DNA from: Candidatus Levyibacteriota bacterium
GTDB taxonomy: Bacteria > Patescibacteriota > Microgenomatia > Levybacterales > UBA12049
DNA: 64,000 bases
Assembly: GCA_003152105.1 (NCBI GenBank)
Contig: PLZJ01000002.1
Coordinates: forward strand, 753,713-817,712
Reading direction: 5' to 3'
Shown: piece after piece, positions 47,971 through 58,765 of the stretch
How the letters are laid out: every line of letters starts with the position of its first letter
Numbering within the stretch: position 1 is the first letter of the stretch
Made by a program: the position numbers and the translations under genes
The notes under the pieces: generated by a model
Databases searched by the model: none
What the model saw: the letters and a program-made list of their open reading frames with translations, nothing else
Told to the model about the DNA's origin: nothing

Positions 47971-50900
47971 ATGAGCAAAATTGCTAATAACTCATTACGT
48001 GAAAATAGCTCACATTTAGTAAGAAACTATTGGGATAAATTTTTAAAACTACCGACAATAATTAAATACGCAGTAGTAATAATGGTTTTTATTCTACTTT
48101 CTATTCCAACTGGACTATTAACAAGACAAAGTTTATTTAATTTTGCTTCACAAACCCAAGGATTTCATGTCATTTCTAATACACTTTATTATAATGACAA
48201 GCCATTTAAAGCATGGGGATTTAATATGGTTGGTGCTTTAGGACAAGCAAATTGTGGAGATGGAACAAGTTCTGATCCAAATGGAAAAGTTGCTGCTCAA
48301 AATTTTAACAATAATGAACTCTCTTATATGGAAAAAAATTGGGGTGCTCCAACTATTATTAGAATTCAGGTCTCTCAACCGGCATTAAGCGGTAAATTAT
48401 CTTCTATTAGCTGGCAAAATTACGCAAGTCAGATAGAAAATGATATTAAATTAGCAGAAAACAATAAGGTCAATGGGATTATAATTGCCATGCAAAATGG
48501 ACAAAATGGCTGTGGAAATAGTGCATCTTATCCTTCGAATGATACAAATGTAGCATGGATGAATTTAATATCAAATACAACAATTAAATCAGATCCTCAG
48601 GTTCTTCTTGAACTATATAATCAGCCTCAAAATAACGGAAATAATAGTAATCAATGGCTCACTTGGAAATATGGGAATATGCGAAAAGGAAGTACTTGTC
48701 GAGCTTACTCTGGAAATATCTTTGGAATGGAATGCTTGGCAGAAAATATTAGAAATAGAGGAGTAAGCAACGTATTAATTGCAGATGGAGCAGACAAAGC
48801 ATCAAATTTCCTAGGAATTAGCCAAAAAGACACCAATACAAATTCTCCAAATTACAATCAAAACTATTTGTTGGACGACCAAAATACTGTTTACGGAATT
48901 GAACCATATGGGCAAGATATCAATTCAAATAATAACACATCGAAGATTATATGGGATGCGAATTTTGGTACGCTTTCTCAAACTAAACCTGTGTTAGTTA
49001 CTGAATGGAATATGACGTTACAAAGCTGTACTCGAAACGCCTTAACAACTCAAGAGGTACAAGCACTTGGGTATCCAACTCCAAATAGTAACCAAACATA
49101 TTACCAATATAATGGGGAAGATAATACATCACCATTTTTCTCATACTTAAGTGCTCACAATATCGGATTAATTGTTAATAGTTTTGACTCGTCAAATACA
49201 ACAATAAGAACTACAAATGCTTCTACTGGTAACTGGAATAATTGGTATCCAAGTAAATGTGAGATGGCAGTTGGAATTAACAATAACCTACCAAATAGCA
49301 GTGCAGGAAACATATTGCCTTCTGGACTTATATATAATATTGGCGTAGGATGGGATGTTTTGCAACAATTCCGACAGTGGGCAGTTTTAACAGACAGAGC
49401 ATTTTTACCTCATATTATTGCTGGCTATTGGCTAACAAATCCACAAGATATTAAAATAGCCGCGAAAGAAAAAGTACAATTTATTCATACGTATGGTGAC
49501 TTCAATAATTTACCAGGAAATGCTTATCCTATACTTAAATCAAATAATATGAAAGTTATTTCTTCAGATTTATTAACACCCCTTAATGATTATGGTTGTT
49601 GGCACTATAGAATGTATCATCCAACCTATAATTCATACATTGCATCATGTAAATCTATGCCAAACGGGTATGCTAATTTTCAAGCCAATGCTTACGGACT
49701 CCAAAGCGCAAATAATTTATTGCTAACAAGAATAAAAAATAAATTAATTGCAATTAGAAACAATACCAAATACGCTTCTTATTTATCTTATCTTTATGTA
49801 ATCGATGACTGGGGTAGCGGAGATTTTAAAAGTGCAAAGACACCTCTGAAAGAAATTAATGGCTTAATTCATACCATTATTCCAGGCGTACAAAGTATTT
49901 GCGGATTTTCGTTTGGGAGCGTACCATTTAAATCACACGCAGGAACAGTAAGTTATTTTGCTAATCCCTTAAATAATTATTCACCGGAAGGTTGTGATAA
50001 TGTCAGTGGATATGGATATGCGGTCAGATATAAAACAGATAGTGCCAAAAATTATGATTGGAAAATGCCAGGCATAATGGAAGCATGGCAAAAACAGTTA
50101 ATAGCAAACGGAATAAGTGATTATCCGAATTGGAATAAAATAGTAAATGTAATTGGTACGGGCCAGGTATTTGGAAGCTACACAGGTAGTTACGTTATTC
50201 CTTTATATGACACTGCAACCGCTAAAAAATTAAATGTACCAATTTATCAACCAATAATTGATCAGGAAACAGATTTTTGTAAGTTAGGAATGTCTTTATT
50301 TTTTTATGACTATCATGCTAGTGGAAGTTATTATACTCCTGCAAACAATACAAGTATTGATGAAGGAGTTAAACAATCTATAATACAATGTAATCAAATC
50401 TGGAACACGATTACTGTTGTCACCCCTACTTTTACTCCAACGCCAACGCTTACACCAACGCCAACGCTTACACCTACACCTACCCCAACCCTATCTCCAA
50501 CGCCTTCTCCAACGCCAACGCTTACACCTACACCCACTTTAACACCTACCTCTACGCCAACTCCACCTCCGGGATGTTTTTATAAACAACAAGAATGCAA
50601 TATTCACAAAGGTCAGGTTAGTTGCGGGCCAGAAATATTAATTTGTACAACTCCAACACCAATTACAGTTATAAATCCTGTACAAAACAAATTAATTAAT
50701 GGGTCATTTGATTTTGGTAATTTAACCGGCTGGACAACGTTTAATAAATCAGTGAATTCTAATACGGTTGCTATTGACCCATCAACATTCGTAAATGGCA
50801 ATTATTCTGTTAAAGCAACTATTAATCAGCCTGGAAAAAAAGAATGGTACTTTCAGTTAATGCAAGGTCCAGTACAGCTTAGCTTAAGCACAAACTATAT

Positions 50901-51162
50901 GATATCTTTTTATGCCAAGGCTTCTCAAAATAGGAGATTACAAGTATTTGTGCAAAACTCAAATCACATTCCATATTCAACGCAAAACTTTATATTGACA
51001 ACTACTTGGCAAAAATATTCATTTAATTATTTTCAACCTTCAACAGATGACAACGCAGCGCTAAAGTTTAATCTAGCTGATGCAGCAGGAAATATTTGGA
51101 TTGATAAAGTATCATTATCCCCGGTTCTGGTTAATATTGAGAATAAAGATACTTTACCGTAA
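47971..51162 (+). CDS. Large surface protein: TM anchor, GH5-like domain, second barrel-like domain, Pro/Thr linker, CBM4/9-like domain
   Basis: F.V....LYYN.KPF...GFN, IIRIQVS, ELYNQP, PVLVTEW; PT repeats; LINGSFD..NL.GW...Y.ISFYAKAS...[10 protein letters not shown]...IWID.VSL. Confidence 0.85.
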   Translation: MSKIANNSLRENSSHLVRNYWDKFLKLPTIIKYAVVIMVFILLSIPTGLLTRQSLFNFASQTQGFHVISNTLYYNDKPFKAWGFNMVGALGQANCGDGTSSDPNGKVAAQNFNNNELSYMEKNWGAPTIIRIQVSQPALSGKLSSISWQNYASQIENDIKLAENNKVNGIIIAMQNGQNGCGNSASYPSNDTNVAWMNLISNTTIKSDPQVLLELYNQPQNNGNNSNQWLTWKYGNMRKGSTCRAYSGNIFGMECLAENIRNRGVSNVLIADGADKASNFLGISQKDTNTNSPNYNQNYLLDDQNTVYGIEPYGQDINSNNNTSKIIWDANFGTLSQTKPVLVTEWNMTLQSCTRNALTTQEVQALGYPTPNSNQTYYQYNGEDNTSPFFSYLSAHNIGLIVNSFDSSNTTIRTTNASTGNWNNWYPSKCEMAVGINNNLPNSSAGNILPSGLIYNIGVGWDVLQQFRQWAVLTDRAFLPHIIAGYWLTNPQDIKIAAKEKVQFIHTYGDFNNLPGNAYPILKSNNMKVISSDLLTPLNDYGCWHYRMYHPTYNSYIASCKSMPNGYANFQANAYGLQSANNLLLTRIKNKLIAIRNNTKYASYLSYLYVIDDWGSGDFKSAKTPLKEINGLIHTIIPGVQSICGFSFGSVPFKSHAGTVSYFANPLNNYSPEGCDNVSGYGYAVRYKTDSAKNYDWKMPGIMEAWQKQLIANGISDYPNWNKIVNVIGTGQVFGSYTGSYVIPLYDTATAKKLNVPIYQPIIDQETDFCKLGMSLFFYDYHASGSYYTPANNTSIDEGVKQSIIQCNQIWNTITVVTPTFTPTPTLTPTPTLTPTPTPTLSPTPSPTPTLTPTPTLTPTSTPTPPPGCFYKQQECNIHKGQVSCGPEILICTTPTPITVINPVQNKLINGSFDFGNLTGWTTFNKSVNSNTVAIDPSTFVNGNYSVKATINQPGKKEWYFQLMQGPVQLSLSTNYMISFYAKASQNRRLQVFVQNSNHIPYSTQNFILTTTWQKYSFNYFQPSTDDNAALKFNLADAAGNIWIDKVSLSPVLVNIENKDTLP
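50422..50568 (+). repeat. Pro/Thr low-complexity tandem repeat (TPTPTL)n coding linker
   Basis: Repeated ACNCCN units, including near-tandem CCAACGCCAACGCTTACA. Confidence 0.9.
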
Positions 51163-51255
51163 CTGTTCACAAACTCAACTTATTTGATTATTTCTCTTGT
51201 AATTTGGTTGACATGCAAGATATTTTGATCTAGACTCAAAAAAGAAAGAATATAC

Positions 51256-54200
51256 ATGAATTATTTCTTTAAACATAAAATCCCTTTGTTTAAACAAAAA
51301 TTTTCATCATTAGATAAATTCCATAAGCTGAGCATAGGGATTGTATTATTGTTTATATTTGTAACCCCCTCGCTTGCACTTGTCACAAACTTATTCACTA
51401 ACGCCTCTTCCCTTGACTCATTCAGACTAGAGGCAGAACCAACTTCTACAAATAGTAATAGGTTATCTGGAAATGTTAGTGTGGTAACCGATACTAGTTC
51501 ATCTAACGGACAGGCTATACTATTTGGATCTAATGGAGTAAATGGTGCCAATGTTACTTTTAATCCATCAGTTATTCCCTTTTCTGCACCAGAGATAGGT
51601 AATCCATGGCACGGACAATATGAGTGGCAACAAGGACAACTGATCCCTTCACCATGGCCTGTTACAGATTCCTATCTTCGCTACGATACTGCGCCAACGG
51701 ATATAGGCTCTTGGGCTACTCTTGAACCAACACAGGGAAATTATGACTTCTCTTCAATTGATACAGCTTTGGCACAGGCAAAAGCAAATGGAGGCAAACT
51801 TGGAATAACAATTGCTGCTGCAAGAGGAGATATTACGGGTCAAGCATTTATACCAAATTATTTAATAAGTGATATGGCTGGAGATTCACAATCATACTGG
51901 AGTGGAGTTTCACCGGGAAATGGAGTATATGTGCCGGATTGGAATAATAGTTTTTTTATGACACGAGCGCAGGCTCTAATTAATGCGTTGGCTGCAAAAT
52001 ATGCAAATGACCCACGTCTTGGATGGATTGAAACCGGAATTTATGGAAATTATGCAGAGTGGATAAATGATGGTCTTCCAAATGGTCCAAGTGGTCAAAC
52101 ACCTGCTGTAATTACCGATGCAAATAAAAAAACATCATAGATTGGTGGGTCAACTCTTTTCCTAAAACTAGAATCTTAGCAGTTATTGAAGAAGATGGAG
52201 ATCAATATGGATTTAAATATGCCATGAGCTTAACTCCAAAACCTGGCTCTCCGGCTATTGGGTGGCGGTATAACAGTCTTGGGACCCTTGGACCAACTGC
52301 TAGTTATCTAACAGGACTTCAATATTGGGAAACACCACCACCAGCTGGTGCAGATGGAACAATACTATCGGAGCGATGGAAAACTGCTCCTGGTATAGTA
52401 GAATTTGGTGGTTTATCACCTTCTTCAACTACTGACTCACTTAATGATGCCTATACAGACGTGCTTCGTTACCACATTGATATGGTTGATGGAAGTTATT
52501 TTGATAACTGGAATAATTACTCAAGTGCTGAGCAGGCAACTTTGCAAAATATTATGGAACACTCGGGCTACAGAATTAGTCTTGATTCCCTAACACTGCC
52601 CTCAGTAGTCAGTCCAGGGAATAATTTTACAGTTTCTACTAATTGGTCTAATCTTGGTTCTACACCTGCATATAATCCATGGAATATCATGATTGAGCTT
52701 AAGGACTCATCTGGAAATGTTGCGTGGCAAGGAAAATCAAGTTTAGATTTTCAAACTCTACTTCCTACTAACTCAACAGGAACAGATATTCCAAATACTA
52801 CAACTGATACTTTCACAGTTCCTTCCAGTATTCCTTTGGGAACTTATTCTGTTTCTGTAAAAATAGTAGATCCAACAGGCTATTATAATCCAATGAATTT
52901 AGCAAATTCGGCAAAACAATCGGATGGAAGTTATTTACTTGGTCAAATTTCAGTTGGTAGCTTGGCTCCAACACCAACACTATCACCATCTGGAACTCCA
53001 ATAACTCCTACACCTATTACGAACTCGTCATTTCTTTGGCCAAATATACAAGGTAAAGTAGGAGCATTTTTTATAGGATTAAATAATAATTCAGATGTTG
53101 CACTAACTGCTGGGCAGGGTTTAAATCAAACTGTGCTTGATACAGTAAATCCAGGTAGTAGATTGGAAAATTTATATAATCAGTACAATTTTAAATACTA
53201 TGATTATTATGTCTGGAACCAAATCTACGGCAACTGTCAAACAAACCATGCAGCAGGATACGTTTGTCCATATTATCAAAACTCATCAAATCTACAGTCT
53301 GCATTAAGCGCAATTCAATCACATATTAATAGCAATAGTATTGCGACAGATAAAGCGGTAAGTGGATATGTCATTTTGGACGATTTTCCTGGAATTATTC
53401 CTCAAACATTCTTTGATCAAGTTGCAACTATGATACACAACGCCAATGCTGGATCAAATGGTATGACAAAATCAGCGATTTCCAGACCAACCATATGTGA
53501 CTTCGGAGGGTGGTTGGATTATAAGACAAGTGTAAACGGAGCTTGGAACCATAATGATAACGATATTACAAAACAATCTACAAATTTCTATCCTGCTGAT
53601 TGTGACATGGTCGAGCTTTATCCAGAATGCTACAACGAACCAGCAAATTATTCACATGGGGATTGGTGTGATTGGACAATGCAGGACACTACAGGAGGAA
53701 ATACGCCAAAAATAACTAGAGAATATAACATATTACAAAGTAAAGGTTGGGATATTACTAAAGAACCATTAATTGCCAATGCTCAGTCATATGGCTATAC
53801 CGCCGCCTACCAATCGGGAAGCGGAGTATATATTATTCCTCCTACAGGAATAGAGGAAAGTACTTTAATAAAGTCATATTGTGATACTGGAGCAACTTCT
53901 GTAAATGATTTTGCCTGGGATGATCCTGCTCATGCCTCAAATATTAAATCTGAACTTGCTAACGATTCAGGCATGTATAGCGGATTTTTGAGTGGTGTAA
54001 ATTACTGCAAATCTAAGTGGGGAATAGCTATGGGCCCTTCCTCATCCAAAATAGCAAATGTAAATTCATCATTTAATTTAATATCAATGCTTGGTAAGCT
54101 TGTGCAACATTTTACTTCTATGTTCAGTGCACACGCGCAAACCCTAACACCAACCACAATTCATTTGATTTCAGGTTACTCCGGCACCAATACTGGGGGT

Positions 54201-55385
54201 AACACAATTGTTTTTGGACCTCCAAGTGGATACTCAGCAGATGATGTAATGATTGCGCAAATTACAACCCAAGGAACACCAGGAATAACACCTCCTGATA
54301 GTAGTTGGAACGGTATTAAACGTACAAACACAGCTTCAAACTCTTTGGTTCAAGAATTATATTATCATGTAGTAAAAGCTAGTGAACCATCGACCTATAC
54401 ATTTACCTTCACATCCCCAGAACAAGCTTCTGGAGGAGTTGCTGATTATAGTGGAGTTAATACTTCAAATCCAGTAGATCAGGTTAATCAAGGATCAGCT
54501 CTTAACTCTAGTAATATTTCAGCCGCAAGCATAAATGTTAATGCAACCGGAGAAAGACTTATGTTTTTTGGAGGATCACTTTCGAATACATCCTTTACAC
54601 TTCCAACTGGCATGTCACAAGTATGGCAAAAAGAAAATACTGCCATTTCATCTAATTTAGCGGACTTATATACCAATGCTGGCTCAACTGGGGTTATAAA
54701 TGAAAGCAGTGCAGTTTCAGCAGATAATGTTGCACAAGATTTATTACTTCAACCAGCAGGTTCAACTTTTACAAATCCCACGCCAACTTCTACTCTTTCA
54801 ATATCTCCTACCCCAGTCTCAGCTTCACCTACACCCAGTTGTTCTCCTTTACCTAGTGGAAAAGGTACAGATGTTATTACCTTTACAGTACCAACAGGCA
54901 CTAACTCTTATAACGTCTGGTTTAGAATGAAAGTACCAACTTCTGGCGACTCAATTTATTCACAACTTACGGACAATTCCGGCAATGCATTTGGATGTCC
55001 ATCACAAATTATTGATAATAATACAGTAGATGGAAACTGGCACTGGATTCCTCAAGGTCAAAATTCCTTAACCCAGGGACAAACTTACACATTTACTTTG
55101 ACTGGAAATCAAGATGGAGTTAAAGTTGATGAAATAATATTGTCTCAAACATGTGGACCAACAGGAGTAGGCGATAACTGTCTAGCTGCTCCTACACCAA
55201 CACCTACCTTAACACCTATTCCTTCACCTACAGCTGTTCCAAGCCCAATTACAACATCTACTCCTACGCCTGTCAGACCTACTCCAACATCTACACCTCT
55301 AAGTTGCAAAAAACTTTCTATTAATTGCTATTATACAAATTTAAGTACCTGTTCTTATGTTTGCGGAGACACAAAACATAAGTAG
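51256..55385 (+). pseudogene. Giant secreted glycoside-hydrolase-like protein (GH42/DUF4832-like, second barrel, beta-domains, PT linkers) split by a 1-nt frameshift
   Basis: ORFs 51256-52140 and 52224-55385 join if the A7 run at 52126-52132 were A8: ...TDANKK|NIIDWWVNSFPKTRILAVIEEDGDQYGFKYA|MSLTP, with no stop. Confidence 0.8.
55191..55297 (+). repeat. Pro/Thr-rich C-terminal linker repeat
   Basis: [36 protein letters not shown]. Confidence 0.75.
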
Positions 55386-55539
55386 ATTAATAGAGTGAGT
55401 AATAAAACAGGATAAACATAATTATATTTATAGTGAGCCAACCGCACTTTCTATCAAATCATTCCTGGAATTCATAACTAAATTTTTGGACATATATCAA
55501 GTAAGAAGCAATTAATTTAAAATAGAATTTACCTTCTAA

Positions 55540-55812
55540 CTATTTTAGATTATCCAATATCCACATTCTAGCAAGAGTTGTTGGTCCTATTCCTTGTTTA
55601 AATGCTTTATTTCTAATCTCTTGTAAATGTTTTGGCTGAATTCGAATTGTAATTGTGCTTGTTTTATTTGCTTGATGAAATCCAACAAGAGTACCGTCAT
55701 TAATCTCATCAACCGCAGAATGAGTATCCCAAAAGTTAGCTTCTTCCTCGTATGTTTTAAATGGTTTTAGTGGAATAAATTGATGTTCTTTTACTATTTT
55801 AACTTTTGTCAT
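55540..55812 (-). CDS. BrnA/CopG-like antitoxin
   Basis: FKTYEEEANFWDTHS, RHH-like TITIRI...L..IR.KA...GI...TL.R.WI; SD AAGGAGGTGA before ATG 55812; overlaps the toxin 3' end. Confidence 0.88.
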   Translation of the reverse strand: MTKVKIVKEHQFIPLKPFKTYEEEANFWDTHSAVDEINDGTLVGFHQANKTSTITIRIQPKHLQEIRNKAFKQGIGPTTLARMWILDNLK

Positions 55813-56110
55813 TATCTTCACCTCCTTCAAGAGTATATTCGTTATAAAAACTTTTTTCTTCTTTTCTGGATGGTCTTGCAGTAATAAGACCATACGTGTT
55901 TTTGCTTTTTCGGTGCCCAATTACGATACTTAAATATCTTTTGCTTTTTGTACGACCGATTAAAATCCAGCGATCAAATTTACCTTGAATAAAAACATAA
56001 TCATGGGATATAATCTCCAAAACCTCATTTAAACTAATATTATGTTTCGCAATATGTTCTTATCTATCTTCTTCAACTATTAAAGTATCAATTACAATGT
56101 CTTTAATCAC
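55799..56110 (-). pseudogene. BrnT-like toxin with a premature stop at codon 17
   Basis: GTG 56110: VIKDIVIDTLIVEEDR*EHIAKHNISLNEVLEII...LIGRTKSKRYLSIV...LITARP.RKEEK; TAA at 56062-56060. Confidence 0.82.
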
Positions 56111-56117
56111 TTTAAAT

Positions 56118-56146
56118 AGTGTAAGACATTGTCTTACTTTTGTCAA
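56118..56146 (-). promoter_or_regulatory. TA-operon promoter with palindromic operator
   Basis: TTGACA-17-TACACT, 7 nt before GTG; perfect inverted repeat GTAAGACA-T-TGTCTTAC at 56121-56137 covering the spacer and -10. Confidence 0.8.
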
Positions 56147-56378
56147 TATCGTAAAAATTACTTGCCCAAATTTTTATGATACAGGTTTAAAGGATAAAAT
56201 AGATTATCCTATTCTAGGGAAAAGTTTATAAGGCTATTCGTGATTGCGAGAACAACACTGTTCCCTTCGGTGAACAATTCGTCTGGTGGATGGAACACCT
56301 TCTTCGAGTATATCATAATTTAATAAATACAGGAGCAATTTATGACAATTATATAAATTAATTTGTTATACTCAAATT

Positions 56379-58253
56379 ATGGATGATTCATTAATATCTG
56401 AAGAAAATAAACCAGTTGATTATTTAATTGAAGGCGAGGGTCAAAATGCAACGATTTCTAGTCCTGAAAGAGTAATAAATGATATACCTGAAGCAGCTGT
56501 AGAAAAAGCAAAATCAAGTAGAGAACTAGTTGAGACAAAACTTCGCCCACAAGATATTCAAGATCAAGCGGGTTTTAGTCGAAGAATATATTCTTTTATT
56601 ACTTTAACTGGAAAAGAAACTAAATTTTCTCTTAGAGGAAGATACGAATTACCAGAAACTGATAGTTCATTTAAAGATATAGGTACAAAACCTCTTGATG
56701 ATGTATTTGTTGGTAATGAGTTCCAAAGTTATAAATCATCACATCGTAGTGAAGCTGAAAGAATTCAAACTACAAAAGATTTCGAAGGCTTCATTGCACT
56801 TTCTGACCAGTTAATTCCTGATAATCCAAGAGTTGAGCAGGCAAAACAAGACATACAAAATGGTGTATATAGCGATGATACCATTACATTTATTAATGAG
56901 CTGGTAGCTACTAGCATAATAGATGACAAAGGTTTAGTTAACAGTGAAATCAATGCTGATGCAGAAGCCTTAATGATACTAGCTTTAAGTGGTAACGCAG
57001 AAGCTCAACGTTTAGTTCAAAGTAAGTCAGAAGCACTTCTTAGAATGGATGATGAGAAAAAACAAAGGGCAATAACAGAAGGAAAATTAAGAGTAGAAGG
57101 AGAATTGAAAGATGTTCCAGATGCGGATATGTCAAGACATTCTCTGGTTCATATTTACGAAGGTCCAGTTGAAAGAGACGAGCATGGAAATGTTATTTTA
57201 AGATCAACTGCATACAGACCAAAAGCCGCCCCATTTGGTCAAGTAATCTTAAGAGACACTATACATACTTCAATAGATGGACCTGTCGGAGAACATGATT
57301 TAGGTAGCTGGGATGATATTGATACTGTAGTAGTTGCTAAAGCAAAAAACAATATTGATAAGGCAGATACAATTAGGCCAGAAGATACCTACTTTCATAT
57401 ATATCCACATCAGGCATTAACCCTTGAAGAAGCAACGGGTATTGTTCCAGGAGAAGTGCCTGAAGATGCGATTATATCAAAGCTGCCTGATGGTAAAACA
57501 ATACTATATAGACGAAATGGATTTACTGTCAGACATTTACAAGAGTATTTGAAATTAAACCCAGAAGCACCTCATGCTCTTACTTCCATTTTAAATAATG
57601 AAACATTTGTTGATTTAGGAAGCATAACAGAAACCGTAAACGCTCTTACGCAATCTTTAAATGAAGACGATGCTTCTTTAAGAGCTGAACCTGCATTAAC
57701 TAAAGGATTAATCAATGTTTATTCAAAAGCTGGAGTAGAAAGATTACAATCGAAATCTAAGAATCCTAGTGACTCCGAATTCCCCACGCTAAGTCGTGAA
57801 GAAATTGCTAAAAGAATAGCTCATTTAATTATTGGAAGGCTGCCTACAGAAATAAGAAATACTGCTGTCAAAGAAGCTATTAGGGATCAAGGCAGCGAAA
57901 TGCATACTATTATGGCTCATGGATGGCAAAACGAACATGATATTGAGATAATTAAATATGCTCTAGAAAGAGGTATAAGTACTGGCGAACACATAAATAC
58001 AATTGCTAGTGAAACTACTGATAAAATCGCTGATGCTTTTGAGTCTGCTGGCACAGAAGGAGGAATTGATAATAATTACATGCCATCATGGGGAGATGCA
58101 ACAGACGATGAAACAAAGGTTGTAGATGTAGTAAAATATGGATACAATTGGAAAAAATATTCATATTCACCTACTCCTAAAGAGATACTTGAATTAGCTC
58201 CACAAACTAGAGCAGATATCTACGATTCCGGAGTATTAACAGCTAGGATATAG
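56379..58253 (+). CDS. Large acidic hypothetical protein (624 aa)
   Basis: Long ORF, no recognisable motif or TM segment; TGnTATACT 6 nt before ATG. Confidence 0.85.
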   Translation: MDDSLISEENKPVDYLIEGEGQNATISSPERVINDIPEAAVEKAKSSRELVETKLRPQDIQDQAGFSRRIYSFITLTGKETKFSLRGRYELPETDSSFKDIGTKPLDDVFVGNEFQSYKSSHRSEAERIQTTKDFEGFIALSDQLIPDNPRVEQAKQDIQNGVYSDDTITFINELVATSIIDDKGLVNSEINADAEALMILALSGNAEAQRLVQSKSEALLRMDDEKKQRAITEGKLRVEGELKDVPDADMSRHSLVHIYEGPVERDEHGNVILRSTAYRPKAAPFGQVILRDTIHTSIDGPVGEHDLGSWDDIDTVVVAKAKNNIDKADTIRPEDTYFHIYPHQALTLEEATGIVPGEVPEDAIISKLPDGKTILYRRNGFTVRHLQEYLKLNPEAPHALTSILNNETFVDLGSITETVNALTQSLNEDDASLRAEPALTKGLINVYSKAGVERLQSKSKNPSDSEFPTLSREEIAKRIAHLIIGRLPTEIRNTAVKEAIRDQGSEMHTIMAHGWQNEHDIEIIKYALERGISTGEHINTIASETTDKIADAFESAGTEGGIDNNYMPSWGDATDDETKVVDVVKYGYNWKKYSYSPTPKEILELAPQTRADIYDSGVLTARI

Positions 58254-58391
58254 AATCAATTTTTTCTATTTTAGTTTTGTGTTCGATTCCCATTGGGTTA
58301 TGAAGCTAACACTTTTCACAACGATTTTAGAACGCAAAAGATTAGACTGTTAAATCAAGCTAAATGAAGTTATTTTTCACATCTGAATCTG

Positions 58392-58464
58392 TGAGCCGCC
58401 GGGGAATCGAACCCCGAACCGACTCCTTAAGAGGGAGTTGCTCTGCCAATTGAGCTAGCGGCCC
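58392..58464 (-). tRNA. tRNA-Lys(CTT), CCA not encoded
   Basis: Reverse strand GGGCCGCTAGCTCAATTGGCAGAGCAACTCCCT-CTT-AAGGAGTCGGTTCGGGGTTCGATTCCCCGGCGGCTCA. Confidence 0.97.
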
Positions 58465-58540
58465 GTTCTTACAAATTCCATCTACATTATAACAATGACA
58501 ATTAACAATAACAACAAAATGCAGCTTTTTCGTAATCTGT

Positions 58541-58765
58541 CTATTTTCCGTTTATTGAAGCCAGCAGAAGCAACGATATAAAAAGCATTGATGAAAGACT
58601 AACAATAAGCTGTAGCTTAGATAATCTTTGAATGCTAATTGGCGTTTTTAAGTGAATCGAATGTTCGGCATTTTTAGCACCGTGGAGATACAATAAGTTA
58701 AATATTACAGAACTTAGTATAGTAAAAATACTAAGTGCATAAAAAATTGTATATATATTCATCAT
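58541..58765 (-). CDS. Small 2-TM membrane protein
   Basis: Two hydrophobic segments; ATGA start/stop overlap with the upstream gene. Confidence 0.6.
   Translation of the reverse strand: MMNIYTIFYALSIFTILSSVIFNLLYLHGAKNAEHSIHLKTPISIQRLSKLQLIVSLSSMLFISLLLLASINGK

Larger units (their letters stand above)
55433..58397. mobile_element. Possible decayed integrative islet at the 3' end of tRNA-Lys(CTT)
   Basis: GTGAGCC at 55433-55439 repeats the tRNA 3' end (58391-58397); cargo is a TA pair plus an orphan gene; no intact integrase. Confidence 0.4.

Noticed and set aside
50422-50568. Tandem DNA repeats as a possible CRISPR array
   Set aside because: They are in-frame Pro/Thr codons without unique spacers, and there are no cas genes.
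55813-55920. N-terminal 36 aa of the 126-aa antitoxin ORF
   Set aside because: Overlaps the toxin frame; a strong SD marks ATG 55812 as the start.
56060-56062. Internal stop as a sign of genetic-code reassignment
   Set aside because: The codon is TAA, and all conserved genes translate cleanly with the standard bacterial code; TGA is used as a stop in pyrG, pyk and secG.
56200-56320. Short, slightly GC-richer stretch with 30-35-codon minus-strand frames
   Set aside because: No convincing start signal, motif or RNA structure; at most a gene remnant.
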